From the IMG/VR virus record IMGVR_UViG_3300021400_001413, positions 15,327-79,326 of that record: a DNA stretch of 64,000 nt; one strand, given 5' to 3'. The notes below the pieces were generated by a model, which saw only the letters and a program-made list of their open reading frames with translations, did no database searches and was not told where the DNA came from. This DNA is from a virus (taxonomy: Duplodnaviria; Caudoviricetes). Shown piece after piece: positions 38,143 to 49,600 of this stretch; the first letter of the stretch is position 1, and every line of letters begins with the position of its first letter. The translations under genes and the position numbers were made by a program.

Positions 38143-38676
38143 ATGGAACAATACCAGGAATTTGTAGGAAAACTGCAAAAGAGAGGATCCAAACCCCATA
38201 AAATTGCCCACTGTTTTGGAGCAAGAGATGCTTTTCATTGGGTAAGGGCTAATCATTGGAAAGCTACTGGAGGAAAAACTGTTGATAAGTTATTGTATAG
38301 CCAGATTATATCTGAGGTACACAAAGAGCTTGCAGGTATGTTACTTGAAGGACATGAAATAGAATTTCCATATAAAATGGGCTGCTTAGTCCTTACACGT
38401 ACTCCAGCTAAAGTTACTTATGAAAAGGGAGAATTGAAAACAAATTATAGAACTGACTGGAAAAAGACTCTTGAATATCGTTATAATGAAGATCCTGAGG
38501 GGCATAAACGTATTAAGAGAGTGCAGCCTTTTATTTATAGCATTCGTTATCATAAGAAGAAAGCGACATACCATAATCGTAGATTCTATATGTTCAGAAT
38601 CAACAGAAGTTTGATAAAGACACTAGGAGCAGCTATAGAGAGACAGGGAATAAAGGCAGAAACAGTAGATATTTAA
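38143..38676 (+). CDS. IHF/HU-like protein
   Basis: IISEVHKELAGMLLEGHEIEFPYKMGCLVL pattern, basic arm. Confidence 0.6.
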   Translation: MEQYQEFVGKLQKRGSKPHKIAHCFGARDAFHWVRANHWKATGGKTVDKLLYSQIISEVHKELAGMLLEGHEIEFPYKMGCLVLTRTPAKVTYEKGELKTNYRTDWKKTLEYRYNEDPEGHKRIKRVQPFIYSIRYHKKKATYHNRRFYMFRINRSLIKTLGAAIERQGIKAETVDI

Positions 38677-38693
38677 AATAAAAGTTAACAGCT

Positions 38694-39389
38694 ATGGTAA
38701 AAGAGATAGAGTACATTAGCATTAAGGAGTTACTTTCAAGAGTACTTCGTCATAAGCTGCTTCAGGAATTTACTCTTGAGCAAGCTATTCAATACACCAT
38801 TGACTTTATTGGTATCTTTGGATTCCCTGAGTTATATGAGGATAAACAGGCAGAAGTTGATATATGTGACTTTAGAGGAAAGTTACCTTGTGATCTCATT
38901 CAGATTAATATGGTAAAAGATTGCAAGACTGATATTCCACTAAGGTCTATGACAGCTGCTTTTAATCCTGGAGGCAAGTATTATAATCATCTGAGGCAGG
39001 AACCACAATTCAAAACTCAGAATAGGACTATTATTACATCATTTCCAGAAGGTAGGGTAATTATCGCCTATAAAGCCATACCAGTTGATGATGAAGGTCT
39101 TCCTCTACTTGTTAACAATACAAAGTACCTTAAAGCACTTGAATTATATGTAAAATGTCAGATGTTTACCATGCTCTTTGAGGAGGGAAAGATTACTCAG
39201 CAAGTATTAAATCATACAGAGCAAGAATACTGCTGGGCAGCAGGACAGCTTGAGGAAGAGGTCAAAACTCCTTCTGAATCAGAGATGCAGACAATTACCA
39301 ATATATTGCATCAGATAATTCCGAGACATGATGACTTCTATAACAGATATGAAGCATTAGGAAACAAGGAATTCAGAAAAATACATTAA
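38694..39389 (+). CDS. tail tubular/ring protein
   Basis: 231 aa; IAYKAIPVDDEGLPL motif; synteny. Confidence 0.6.
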   Translation: MVKEIEYISIKELLSRVLRHKLLQEFTLEQAIQYTIDFIGIFGFPELYEDKQAEVDICDFRGKLPCDLIQINMVKDCKTDIPLRSMTAAFNPGGKYYNHLRQEPQFKTQNRTIITSFPEGRVIIAYKAIPVDDEGLPLLVNNTKYLKALELYVKCQMFTMLFEEGKITQQVLNHTEQEYCWAAGQLEEEVKTPSESEMQTITNILHQIIPRHDDFYNRYEALGNKEFRKIH

Positions 39390-39409
39390 CTCCATATATA
39401 TACAAATTA

Positions 39410-39442
39410 AAAAGGGAACTGCCTCCACAGGTGGTTCCCTTC
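39410..39442. terminator. bidirectional terminator between convergent genes
   Basis: AAGGGAACTGCC-TCCACA-GGTGGTTCCCTT with an A-run on the left. Confidence 0.65.
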
Positions 39443-39472
39443 AACTTACTAAAAACAATATCGCTTATGGAA

Positions 39473-42400
39473 CTATTTATAATCTTTTGCGTAATACTTA
39501 GTACCTGTATCAAGATCCTCGACAAACTTATCAATTTGTCTAAATTGTGTAAATGGAGGCAAAGGTAATTCAGCCCATCTCTTATACAGATAACTGTGCC
39601 CCTCATATCTTCCACTCTGAATCAACTCATCATCATCTGGGAACCAGTTGGCAGGATTAATGGTAGTTACCATAGCCTGAGCTAGCTTATTTGCAGCACT
39701 TGCAGCTACAAATGGAGAAGTGACTGTCTTATAACCTTCAGTCAACATCATTGGGCCTGGAGTCAGGAATCCTAATTCATGTACTTCTCTATGCAACATA
39801 TACTCAGCAAACTTCATAGCCCAACTTCTGTCTGGATCCTTGATTCCACTTCCAAGACAAGTACACAGAACCCACAAAGCATAAGTTTGAGCCATTTCAG
39901 TAAGAGCCCTTCTTACATTGGCTTTTTCACTCTCATTAAGTTTTTCCCATTCAGTAGTCAGCTTGAATCCTCCTTTCCATAAATCCTTAGCTAATCTACC
40001 AGCAGTTCTGTAATAACCCTCTTCTTCCCTGCCAATGTCAAGTATCATTCTCTTACCCTGGAATCTGCGCATCATCTGAGGTATAATCCACTTACGCATC
40101 TGCATAGCCAACCTGCCAAGCATTACTCTATTGGCTGCATTTTGGTCATCATCATTATAGATACCTGCTATTACGTGGTTAATATGAGCTATTTCTCTTG
40201 AAAACTGTCCAGAATCAAACACATTTCCATCAAGATTCTTTGTACCCTTCTTAGGCTGCATATACTTATAACCATTCTTATCAGTTACAATCTCAAGAGC
40301 ATCCCATACAGACATCTCCCTACCATTAACTTTAACTCGCTTTTTCTTAGCCATAGCAATAGCAGTTCTATTGTAAATCCAGTGGTCTCCTAATCCCTGT
40401 TGAACAAATAACCAGTTGTTACCAAAGAACCTTCTGAAGATACTCTTCATCTGAGTATTATGTAACTTATCCTTAGCATTCTGTCTCACATCAAAGAGCT
40501 CATCAAACAGAGCCAATTTACTTTGTTTCTCTCTGCTACCAAGCTCTGCAATAAACTCAGGAATCATAGCAGCATATTCCTTATCTGCTAATGCTAATTC
40601 TTTGGCTCCAAAAAACTCTCCAGCAGCAGCTTCTATATTCTGCATACCAGCAGCTGTTGCAACGTTAGCAACACCAGCAAGATAGTTACATCCAAGGTAT
40701 GCCATAGAAGTGAGTTTTTGGAATACATTAAGAGTTTTCTGTGCGTTTACTCCAAGCACATCATCTTCTTTCATGTACCTTCCGTATACCTGACATTCCA
40801 GATAATCTCTTAACTTTTTAGCAAAATTAGTATTACTTCCGACCTTAATACTCTTATGAGTAACTCTGCCTAGTACATTTAGTACCTCTTCTTTGGTCTT
40901 AGAGCCTGCATTCTTCACAAATTCTTTCTGAGCAGTTACACTTACACCAACCTCTAATGGGTCATATACCTTACTCATTTGGTCATAGGTATTAGTAGCA
41001 TAAGCATAAGCCATCAAGTCTGAGAACACATCAGTACTCAAAGTATCAGGATTCTTTAACCTATTAGTATATAGCACTGGAAGAGTCATGTACTCCTGTC
41101 CAGTAAAATCAGTCAATCCCTTAGTTGTCTCTCCATACAATAAATCATCATCTTCACTCTTGCTAAAGGCACTCTTTAAATCTTCCTTAATAGCAGCAAA
41201 AGCATTTGTTGGATTAGTAGCAGAGTCTATCAGTCTCTGAGTACCACTTCTTCTCCTCTGAATAGCCCTAACTCTATTCCTTCTGTCAGCAGGTAGTTGC
41301 ATTTCAAGTTGATCCTTGTATTTTAAAATTTCATTCAAAGTTTCTAACTGTGCCTGACTCAATTTACTATATTCAGGATTTTTATACCTATCTCCAGGGA
41401 AACTATTACCGAACATATCCTTGGTAGCATGAGTCTCATACCAAGCCTTTCTTTCAAGAAAAGCCTTTTTGAAATCTTCTCCTATAGGCTGTTTGCCATA
41501 TTTCTCAATCAATTTCCTTTGCATCTCCTCCTCATCTTTCTTAAATTGGCCATGATTATAGGGAGAGATGTAATTACCAGTCTTATGTCCTGCATTATCT
41601 TTTTCAAACATCCATTCAAATGAAGTGATACCTCTCTTTTCAGCATTCTCTCTTAATTTCCAGATATCCCTTACATTATGAATAGTACTGAGTCTCACTT
41701 TATCTTTGGCATTTTTCACAACCTTATCAAACAACTGTAGTAATACAGAACTTGACTCACCCATAGAAGTACACCATCTGTCAAACTCTGATATATCAAA
41801 ATCCTCACCGGCTAACACTTCTTTAAGTTTCTTGATACTTCCATCCGGATTCCTTAATGGAGATTTCTCGTAGATAGGAGCCAAGAAATCACTAAATGCA
41901 GCAAATGCCTGATTCTTAAAGGCAGAATCACATGACTTATAGAGATCATCTATCTCCCTCCAGAGCTCTCTCAGATTCACATCCTGACCATTGATAGTTA
42001 TAATGAAGTCTTCTCCCATGTCATCCAATACCTCATGGAAGTCAGAAATAAATCCTTCATAACTATCAAGCACACTCTTGATATGTCTGAGCATAGTGAA
42101 ATTCTGCTGATTAAGAGTACCACTGATATCAAGTTTATCCATAGCATCCTGTAAATCATTCAATGCCCACTTAGCATAGGTATGCAATCCTTCCATCTTT
42201 TTAGTATCAGTCATCAGAGCCTCTAGTTTAACAATATTATCTCTGATATCTTTCCGCTGCTCTTTTGGAGCTATTTTACTCCTCTTACGCTCTATTTCAT
42301 TGGCTTTCTTAAGAAGAGACAGTACTTTGTCATTAGCATCCCTTAGATGATTGAATCTGGCGTTTCTTCTATTCTTAATCAATTCCTCTGTTTTCAGTTG

Positions 42401-43444
42401 CTGAGTTCCACTAAGTACATTCTTAGCAAGTTCTCCCATTGTAGCACTTACATCATTCCTTGCTTTCTGTATATCATCCGAGTTTCTACCTTTGAATATT
42501 CTTTTAATATAGCTTAAGAGGCGATTAATAAGAGAAGCAAGAGGGCTAGAATCTGAAGTATTCCCATCATTAGTCTTCAGTTTATCCTGAAGAATTCTTC
42601 CTAAAGCTTCTTCAGCCAATGTTTCCTCTAAAGGAATCTCATTACCAAAGGCATCATAGTTAGGATTCTGCTCATAATAAGCTCTATTCTGTTCATACTC
42701 ATCACCAAGAACCTCCTGTACTAAAGTATCATTGTTCATCAATTGTGCAAGACTTCTCTGTACTAATGGAGTATCTCTGAACATACCTATCAGCAGATGA
42801 GCAAACTCTTCACTCAATGCCAGTTCACCTTGCATACCATTGGCAATGTTTATCAATCCCTCAAAGCCTTGTGCTATGCCATCAGCCTTACTAAAATCTA
42901 CAAAACCATTGGTTTGTTCATAATCTTCAAGTAATTCAACAGTTACTCCAAGATCTCCAAGCAACCCCTCAAGTTTCTGATTTAGTAACTGAGTACTGTA
43001 TTGGCTCTCATACTCATTTACATTCTGTTCATTCCTTTCTCTAATTTCAACCTGAAGCATACTATCAGGAGTCTGAGTAACAATAGCTACAAGGTTATTT
43101 CTATTATCACTACTCTGATTATAATTATGAGCAGATAATATCAACCTCTGATAGTTTTCTCTACTATTTTCTACCTTAGGAAACTTTTTTTGATCAACTG
43201 ATATTAGTTTATCATTACCTATCAATTTCTTAATATATTCAGTTTTTGCAGCACTTTCATAAGTAGGTACACCTTGAGCATCGAGTACTAAAGTTTTTTC
43301 ATGTTGTTTCTTAAAACTTGGACTCAATACTGCAGTGAATACCTTAGTAGCTGTTTGATATCCTAATTCCTTTTTATAGGTTTGGAAACCCTTGAGCTCT
43401 TCTCCCTTTTTATTACGGGGAATATAACTACAACTTAATGCCAT
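39473..43444 (-). CDS. large internal virion (cargo)-like protein, inverted orientation
   Basis: About 1323 aa, mostly helical, with a degenerate zincin-like LSEEFAH; start moved to ATG 43444, after TATTTTTG at 43476-43469. Confidence 0.6.
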   Translation of the reverse strand: MALSCSYIPRNKKGEELKGFQTYKKELGYQTATKVFTAVLSPSFKKQHEKTLVLDAQGVPTYESAAKTEYIKKLIGNDKLISVDQKKFPKVENSRENYQRLILSAHNYNQSSDNRNNLVAIVTQTPDSMLQVEIRERNEQNVNEYESQYSTQLLNQKLEGLLGDLGVTVELLEDYEQTNGFVDFSKADGIAQGFEGLINIANGMQGELALSEEFAHLLIGMFRDTPLVQRSLAQLMNNDTLVQEVLGDEYEQNRAYYEQNPNYDAFGNEIPLEETLAEEALGRILQDKLKTNDGNTSDSSPLASLINRLLSYIKRIFKGRNSDDIQKARNDVSATMGELAKNVLSGTQQLKTEELIKNRRNARFNHLRDANDKVLSLLKKANEIERKRSKIAPKEQRKDIRDNIVKLEALMTDTKKMEGLHTYAKWALNDLQDAMDKLDISGTLNQQNFTMLRHIKSVLDSYEGFISDFHEVLDDMGEDFIITINGQDVNLRELWREIDDLYKSCDSAFKNQAFAAFSDFLAPIYEKSPLRNPDGSIKKLKEVLAGEDFDISEFDRWCTSMGESSSVLLQLFDKVVKNAKDKVRLSTIHNVRDIWKLRENAEKRGITSFEWMFEKDNAGHKTGNYISPYNHGQFKKDEEEMQRKLIEKYGKQPIGEDFKKAFLERKAWYETHATKDMFGNSFPGDRYKNPEYSKLSQAQLETLNEILKYKDQLEMQLPADRRNRVRAIQRRRSGTQRLIDSATNPTNAFAAIKEDLKSAFSKSEDDDLLYGETTKGLTDFTGQEYMTLPVLYTNRLKNPDTLSTDVFSDLMAYAYATNTYDQMSKVYDPLEVGVSVTAQKEFVKNAGSKTKEEVLNVLGRVTHKSIKVGSNTNFAKKLRDYLECQVYGRYMKEDDVLGVNAQKTLNVFQKLTSMAYLGCNYLAGVANVATAAGMQNIEAAAGEFFGAKELALADKEYAAMIPEFIAELGSREKQSKLALFDELFDVRQNAKDKLHNTQMKSIFRRFFGNNWLFVQQGLGDHWIYNRTAIAMAKKKRVKVNGREMSVWDALEIVTDKNGYKYMQPKKGTKNLDGNVFDSGQFSREIAHINHVIAGIYNDDDQNAANRVMLGRLAMQMRKWIIPQMMRRFQGKRMILDIGREEEGYYRTAGRLAKDLWKGGFKLTTEWEKLNESEKANVRRALTEMAQTYALWVLCTCLGSGIKDPDRSWAMKFAEYMLHREVHELGFLTPGPMMLTEGYKTVTSPFVAASAANKLAQAMVTTINPANWFPDDDELIQSGRYEGHSYLYKRWAELPLPPFTQFRQIDKFVEDLDTGTKYYAKDYK

Positions 43445-43767
43445 ATTCGTTTTCTTTTTTAATTGCTGCAAAAATAAACATATTATTATGTTAGACATAA
43501 TAGGTAAATCAATTATTTTCTGTTAGACAAGTAATAAATTAAGTGCTTTCTAAAGAAATAAATATATGAGTACATTTGCACAGAAAATATAAATAATAAA
43601 AGAAGGAATTATATTATGGCAAGAACTCAATACCAAGTAACTACATTTCTCTGTCTCAGAGATGGAGTCTCTTGCTAATATTTTCAATACCATGCTACCA
43701 AGTATGCATACTTTCAGGCAAGGTTTTAAATTCAATGGTACGAAGGAATATTTAAAAAAGCATTAAT

Positions 43768-45789
43768 ATGGCAAGTCCTATAGATCAGATGTTGGCAATA
43801 GCCTCACAGATTAAAGAGGCTACTAAAAGAGGAGAGAATACTGCTAGTAAGGTTGGAGGTCTGCTAGTAGATATTATAGAGTATTTGTCTATACTAAGAG
43901 TGGATGATGTAGAGTTGGGACCATTCCTTACTGCTCTAAAGAATTCAGAACTCTTAGACCCTGTTGATGGACAAACTCTTGCCTTTAGTGTTTTAGAGGA
44001 TAAGTGGACTTTCTCTTCTGCTATTACTCAGCTAAAATTATCACAGAACCATATAGAAGAAGCTGTGGCCTCAAACTATACAGCACTTCAGGAGACAAAG
44101 AGCTTGCTTCAGGGAGAGCTGCAGCAGGTAGCATCACAAATGGATGATAAGTACGATAGTCTGGTTACTTGGAGAGACCAGACTGACTCTTATATAGGGC
44201 AGTATGCAACAGCATATGATGAGGAGGGGAATTTAGTATCTATGTCCAGCATCTTTCAAACTACTGAAGATGTAACTCAGCATGTGGAAAAGTTGGAGTC
44301 TGAGCTTATTGACCTGGCTAATTATGATGCATGGGAACAGGGAAATACTCAGAATGAGGAAGCAGGAAAAACCTATGAGGAGACCAAGGTAAATGATTCT
44401 AAGTGTCTTAGAATGAGGAATATGCTTCCTGTAACCAAGAATTCCTATATAACTTTTATTCCCAATGATAGCAGATTTTCTTTATGCCTGCTTTACTTTA
44501 ATCAGGAAAGAACATATAGCAACTCCACACAATGGAGTAGGGGATGGGTAGATCTTGATTCAGAAGAAGCAAAGGAAGGAAGACTGAAGATTACAGATGA
44601 TTCTGATGTGCAGTTTGTTGCCATTAAGCTAAAAAGAAAGAATGGGGATAATATTACTGTAGAGGAAGACATCAAAGAAAGCAGTCTGGCTATTGTAAAC
44701 AATAAGGTAGCTACTTCTTCGGAAGTTAAGCAGACTGCTGATAGTATTATGTCAGTAGTTTCTAATAACAAGGAGGCTGCTGATGAAGCTTTTAAAAACA
44801 TTGATGAGGTAGTTATACCTGGAATTAATGATAGACTTGATGATGTAGAAGAGGAGTCTGGTAATAGTGCAAGTTGGATATCTCAGAATAAAGACAGAAT
44901 AATATTAATATCTGCCCAGTTTGATGGGGAAGGGAACCTGACAAATACCTCAGGCCTTGTTACAACTGCAGGATTCTCAGAATTGTTTGCCCAGGAAGTA
45001 GACTCTGAAGGCATAGCCCATTCTGCTGACTTAGGTGTTTTTGTAGAGAAAGACCAAAATGGCAAAATTGTTACTGGTATAAGCTTAGATGCTGACCAGA
45101 TTAATATGACCAGTTCTGTGTTTGAAGGTTGGTTCAGAGATGCAACTATTCATTCTGAAGATATAACTTTTGATGCAGACACTCTGAGGATGATTTCAGA
45201 TAATGTATCTCTTAAGGCCAGCCAGCTTTCATTTGAAGGAGATGACAGCTTTGATTGGACAATAACATCTGAAGGTGTTACCATATTCCATCTGGACCAT
45301 AATGGTAATCTTGAGATAGCTGGTCAGTTAAAGCAATGCCAGATTATTGATAATGTTACAATAGGAGAGTCATCTAAAAAGATAGTAATAGAGCCTGATA
45401 ACAGTGGTGCAAAACTTGTTGGTTATAATGATAATGTAGAGGTGTTCTCCCTTGGTTTCAACACTTATGGGGATAGTGTTAAACCGGGCTTAAACTTGGG
45501 CAGCTCTTCTATTACTGATACAAATGGTCAGTTCTACAGGAGTGATGGTATGGGTCATTTAAGTACTATAGAGTATAGAATGTGGGATAATCTATCAGAG
45601 CTCCATCTTTATAACCATGAAAATGGTAACTATGTTACTAATCTTAGGATGGCTACCGACAATGGTAAAGTAATTATTGCGGCTTATGACTATGGAGGAG
45701 ATAATCATAAATGGCCTACCTCTTCTCAGAGTGTGCCCATAGGAGGTTTATTTGTTGATCAGGGGTATCTTAAAGTACGAACATCCTAA
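43768..45789 (+). CDS. tail fibre/spike-like protein
   Basis: 673 aa: N-terminal coiled coil, then a beta-rich C-terminal region; TACATTTG at 43571-43578. Confidence 0.5.
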   Translation: MASPIDQMLAIASQIKEATKRGENTASKVGGLLVDIIEYLSILRVDDVELGPFLTALKNSELLDPVDGQTLAFSVLEDKWTFSSAITQLKLSQNHIEEAVASNYTALQETKSLLQGELQQVASQMDDKYDSLVTWRDQTDSYIGQYATAYDEEGNLVSMSSIFQTTEDVTQHVEKLESELIDLANYDAWEQGNTQNEEAGKTYEETKVNDSKCLRMRNMLPVTKNSYITFIPNDSRFSLCLLYFNQERTYSNSTQWSRGWVDLDSEEAKEGRLKITDDSDVQFVAIKLKRKNGDNITVEEDIKESSLAIVNNKVATSSEVKQTADSIMSVVSNNKEAADEAFKNIDEVVIPGINDRLDDVEEESGNSASWISQNKDRIILISAQFDGEGNLTNTSGLVTTAGFSELFAQEVDSEGIAHSADLGVFVEKDQNGKIVTGISLDADQINMTSSVFEGWFRDATIHSEDITFDADTLRMISDNVSLKASQLSFEGDDSFDWTITSEGVTIFHLDHNGNLEIAGQLKQCQIIDNVTIGESSKKIVIEPDNSGAKLVGYNDNVEVFSLGFNTYGDSVKPGLNLGSSSITDTNGQFYRSDGMGHLSTIEYRMWDNLSELHLYNHENGNYVTNLRMATDNGKVIIAAYDYGGDNHKWPTSSQSVPIGGLFVDQGYLKVRTS

Positions 45790-45800
45790 ATATTAGAACT

Positions 45801-46154
45801 ATGATAAAGCTTAAGAGAGTTTATAATCAGATTATCCCAGTATCAGGGTATATAGCAATAACGCTATTCCCCTTGGTATTTGTCAGAAATGACAATAAGC
45901 AGAAGTTTACTCCTACTGTAAATCGGCATGAAGTAACACATGCCTATCAACAGTTAGAGTGCCTATGGCTGATTTTCTTTGTCTGGTATCTAGTAGAATG
46001 GGTTATAAAGATTCCACTTTGTTATTTCACTGGTAAGGATGCATATAGGTCTATCAGTTTTGAGCAAGAGGCTTATGCCAATCAAGGAAAGGTAAACTAT
46101 AACAAAGAGAGAAAGCACTATGCTTGGATAAAGTATGTTTTTAAACTAAAATAG
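45801..46154 (+). CDS. small membrane-associated zincin-like protein
   Basis: RHEVTHAYQQLE (HExxH plus E) and SFEQEAY; hydrophobic segments. Confidence 0.6.
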   Translation: MIKLKRVYNQIIPVSGYIAITLFPLVFVRNDNKQKFTPTVNRHEVTHAYQQLECLWLIFFVWYLVEWVIKIPLCYFTGKDAYRSISFEQEAYANQGKVNYNKERKHYAWIKYVFKLK

Positions 46155-46161
46155 GAAGAGT

Positions 46162-46629
46162 ATGAAGGAAGTTACACTAAAGATTGCAGAAATCAAAGAG
46201 GCATATGATCTTCTTGAAAATCCAAAAGATGAATGCCTTAGTGACTTAGATAAGATTAAAGTTTGGAGGATATCAAGAAAGCTGAGTCCCTTTGTGAAAA
46301 AATATAAGGAAGAACAAGTTGAGGCTAATAAGAAGTTTTTCCCACAAACTAAGGAGTTTGCTGATAGGCTAAAAAAGGCTATTAAGTATGAACTTGCCAA
46401 ACAGAATAAGTTAGAACAGAATGCCTCAATGACAGAAGATGAATATTCCTCATTCAAAGAGGAGTACTTTAAGTACCAGAAACTTGTAGAAGAGGCACTA
46501 TATGATATAAAGAATACCGAGGAGACTATTGAGATAGAACCATTATCTGATGAAGCTCTTGGAGGCTTGAAAACAGCAAATAAATGGTCCTTTGAGCAGT
46601 TGGATAAGGTTAGCTTTGTTTTAGAGTAG
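46162..46629 (+). CDS. hypothetical helical protein
   Basis: 155 aa. Confidence 0.55.
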   Translation: MKEVTLKIAEIKEAYDLLENPKDECLSDLDKIKVWRISRKLSPFVKKYKEEQVEANKKFFPQTKEFADRLKKAIKYELAKQNKLEQNASMTEDEYSSFKEEYFKYQKLVEEALYDIKNTEETIEIEPLSDEALGGLKTANKWSFEQLDKVSFVLE

Positions 46630-46653
46630 GTAAGGATTAAAAGCAGTAAACAG

Positions 46654-49600
46654 ATGAGTAAGAAATTTATGGGCTGGAAAACTAGGGGCATGAACAGAGA
46701 CCTTTCTGTTACTGCCTTTAATCCAGAGTTTGCATTTGAAAATAGGAACTTAAGGCTGTCCACAAATGAAGCTAATACGCTTTTAAGTTGGGTAAATGAA
46801 AGAGGGACAGCAAAGATGGAACTGGTTAGTATGGATTCTCGGGGAGAGTATCATACTGCCCAGTTATCAGGCATTCCTATAGGAACAGCTGTCATTAATC
46901 ATCAGCTTATAGTATTCACAACTAATTATGACGTAAGTCAGAACAAGCAGGCAGACTACATTTACAAGCTGCACTATAAAGACAATACAAAGACATCTAT
47001 GGTAGTTGAGATACTATTTGGTGAGAATGGAGATAGCTTGAACTTTGATGTAGAACACCCACTGGAGACTCTGGTCAACTATGAGTCAGAGAGTATTCAG
47101 AAAATATACTGGACTGATGGAAAGAACCAGCCAAGAGTTATCAATATAGCAAAGAAGACTGCTCAGAATGATGCATCTCAATTTGATTTTGTTCCTGAAC
47201 TTAGTCTGAATGAAGAGATTAAGGTAGAAAAGATGCTTGGTGCCAATGGAATGTTTGCTCCAGGTGTCATACAGTATGCCTTTACTTATTATAGAAAAAA
47301 TGGACAGGAGAGTAATATCTTCTACACTACACCCTTGCATTATATTTCTTATAGGGATAGGGGGGCTTCACCAGAAGATAAGGTAGAGAATGCCTTTAGG
47401 ATTACCATCACTAATCCTGATGCTCACTTTGACTATCTGAGAATCTACTCTATTCAAAGAACATCCATTGATAGTACTCCTATAGTTAAAAGAATCCAGG
47501 ATCTTTCCTTGGCAGATGCTCAGTCAAAGACCATACAGAGTGATTACTTTGCCCTATCCATAAACAAGCCCACATGGTCTCTTAATGGAAGCATTCTTTC
47601 TCCTGAGGATATGAGCTATAGTGAGTTTAAGAATCCATTTGGAGATGGAAGCATCAGATGCTTTGGTACAGACCAGTTTGACTATATTATTGCTGATGGT
47701 ACACATGTAGAATTCAAGGAAGCACAGGCTCAAGGATGTATGTGGATTACAGAAAATCCTATTACTCATGATGATATCACAGGCTATTGGATATTCGCTA
47801 CAGATGGTATTAGCTCTGATACATTAATACCTATAGAGGTTACAGGAGAGAAGGACGTCATTCAGCTATCTTATATAGATACAGGCACATCAGGTGATTC
47901 TATTGATCCGACAGAGCTACTCTATAAAGGAGGGGAAACTATTGTTGCTGAAACAATGGAACAGAAGGATGGAACTCTATTCTTGGGAAATATTAGTATC
48001 AAAAGAGACCAGTTAAAGTCCTATACTGACACTGTTAAGGCTGTAACTGATATTACACAAAGTAGCAGAAAGTTCAAACCAGAACTTATATCAGAAGGAA
48101 ATTATCAGTATGCTAACCAACTTACTTCTTATAAAGTAACTAGTGCAGGACAAACTAAGGAAAGTGTGCCTTGTGGAGGCTTTAAGACACTTGATACTTA
48201 CCGTCTTGGTGTACAGTTCCAACATAAGAGTGGAAAATGGAGTGAGCCTCTATGGATAGGAGATGAGACTATATATAACAGGCCTCATTATGATAAAATC
48301 AATAATATAATAACAGTACCTACATTAAAAGCTGATATTGGTAAGGGAAGAAAAGGACAGGATTTCCTTAATAATTTGAAGAAGGCAAACTACACAAAAC
48401 TCAGACCTGTAGTTGTCTTTCCTAAAATTCAAGACAGACGTGTTATCTGCCAAGGAATAGTCAATCCAACATTATTTACCAGTGAACATAGAAATACGCA
48501 GAAGGATATTTATGCTCAGGCATCATGGTTCTTTAGAGCCTCTAATGGAGGTAAGGTTGACTTGAATACAGGTGCTGTAAGTCCTTTTAGTTATAATTCA
48601 AGTGGAGATAGAACATTACCTTATACATGGAAGGGCATCAGTGCAGACACAGGAGGTTCTTTTGACCCAGATAGATACTCTGTAAGTCCAAGTATTGCTC
48701 CTATCAGTATAAGACAGGTAGAGATTCAGGGAGATTATGATGTAAAGAACAAATTTCAGATTGATAATGAGTTTGTTACGTTCAATTCTCCAGACATAGA
48801 ATTTGATGAGCAGTTGTCCTTGATGGACTTTAGCAATACCCAGTTTAAGCAAGTAGGCTGCTCTGTATTCAAAAGTACCCTGTCTGATATTGATATCCAG
48901 ACAGTCACTCCTACATGTAGTAATAATGGCTCTGGCTTTGTACATAACTCCTTCTCTATGAAGGACAATGGAGACCCAACTACTGATAGTAAGGGTAATC
49001 ATGGTATTGTATCAGGACTATTCTATGATGACTTTGTTGTGGAAGACTGGGGTGAGTATGCAGGAGAGAAAAATGTTATCAGGTCTATGGTAGAGCAGTC
49101 CTCATCTGCTAAGTGGATGGTGTATCTATGGAATAAGACTGGGGCCTTGAATAATGACATTATCAGACCCGCCAATAAAGGTAACATGACTTCTGAGCTT
49201 AAGAAGAAGGTTATCTCTAACCTGAGATACTCAGAGACAAAGTTCTATGATAGACCAGACGGTGGTCAGGAAGATTTTATCCAGACTAAGGAGTTTATAC
49301 TTAAACCCCAGCTATACTCAACAGACCAGACAGGTATCTTAAAGTTTGGAGATAATGTTTATAAGGGAAATGTAGATGCGTTGCTTATTCCAGATAATAG
49401 TGATGGGCAATACTTTGCACATGCAAACAGCAGTATTACAAGGGCTGCTAATACACCATTTAATTCAACTCATAATTGGTGGAAGACTTTTGCTGTACTT
49501 AATACAAACAATAGGATTAAATGGCCTGGACTTTATAGAAAGAGTCTTACAGGTGACAAGAGCTGGAGAGTTCCAGATGATGGGGAGTCTTATACTGTCG

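Noticed and set aside
39390-43600. Invertible (phase-variable) cassette around the inverted cargo gene
   Set aside because: No inverted repeats found at the two flanks.
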